A stretch of DNA of 63,975 nt, counting the filler, from Phoronis australis (lineage: Eukaryota; Animalia; Phoronida): the NCBI GenBank assembly GCA_002633005.1. It is 12 parts of 12 records of this genome, joined end to end, with 100 filler letters (N's around TTAATTAATTAA, not from the genome) between each part and the next. Parts side by side here need not be neighbours in the genome. Positions count along the whole stretch, not along the records: positions 62,617 to 63,975 come from NMRA01000399.1; 11 more parts are not named here. One strand, written 5' to 3'. Under the pieces are notes generated by a model that had not been told where the DNA came from, made no database searches, and worked only from the letters and a program-made list of their open reading frames with translations. Shown here piece by piece: positions 63,347 through 63,975 of this stretch (its first letter is position 1; the number at the start of each line of letters is the position of its first letter). A program made the position numbers and the translations under genes.

Positions 63347-63975
63347 CATAGGCGGATTTAGGGGGGGGGCCCAGGGGGCCCGGGCCCCCCCCCCTCTTGG
63401 CCGCCGCAAATAAAATAAAACAGTAAGAGCGTAGGGAAATGGCGAGTTTATTAATTAACCCCGGTAATTAAAATTGTACGAATGGAAAAAGATTTAAATG
63501 TGCGCAATTTTAGTGTTGGGGGGGGGGGCTCAAACCCAATTTCAAGTGTCAAACTCGGAACACGGCGCATTCGCAACGGAACTATGGCTAAGTATAGGCT
63601 CTCCCGCGATATCCCAGGCGACCGGCAGTGGCGCTGCGCACTACGACTCCGTTTTCGTCGTCTGCTCCACTGTGCAATGAAGAAAATTTGCTTCATTTTT
63701 TAAAGAAAATGGAACCTGAGTGACGATAAAAAACAGAAGCTGCTGGTAAGATGTGAATTTTAATCGAAGCCTTAGTGAATCACTCAGAAACTCGCAATAC
63801 TCTCTTTGTCAAACCTTATCTTAAGACGATTTCCAAAGCAATCCCGTCATTATTGCCAACACGAAAAACGGATTTGGTCTTTTGGGCATTTGAAGACTAT
63901 TTTAAATACGACAAATTTGTTAAGAATTGATGGCACAAAATATAAAACGTATAGCATTACGAAAAGAAGTAGGTT
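63347..63975 (-). mobile_element. Second copy of the hAT5-like element at 41206-42171 (runs off window)
   Basis: Reverse complement of 41588-42171; starts CATAGGCGGATTTAGGG. Confidence 0.85.

Overview
This is eukaryotic, AT-rich, intron-containing DNA. It is most likely from a marine invertebrate, inferred from gene content and transposon families; the species cannot be determined. It is not one locus: eleven 100-bp artificial spacers (N44-TTAATTAATTAA-N44) join 12 separate contigs, so nothing can be inferred across spacers. Host gene fragments recognised: KRTCAP2 (exons 1-2, scrambled by a scaffolding error), three exons of a Ki-67 (MKI67)-like gene, an adhesion-GPCR HormR exon, a C2H2 zinc-finger gene start, a spliced YeeE/YedE-like sulfur-transporter exon, a tyrosine-motif-rich receptor tail, and a micro-exon gene with a weak ET-domain resemblance. 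The rest is dominated by DNA-transposon remnants: Kolobok-like TTAA elements (one with THAP and KolX-like stubs), 5-bp-TSD hAT5-like MITEs, Tc1/mariner and pogo elements, Helitron/Helentron elements, a hairpin tandem element and an L1/Tx1 fragment. The most unusual signals are tRNA-like Pol III cassettes inside three unrelated elements, the animal YeeE/YedE-like exon, and a decayed THAP / possible His-Me / secreted cystine-knot cluster. All family assignments are from motif recognition by eye; no searches were run.
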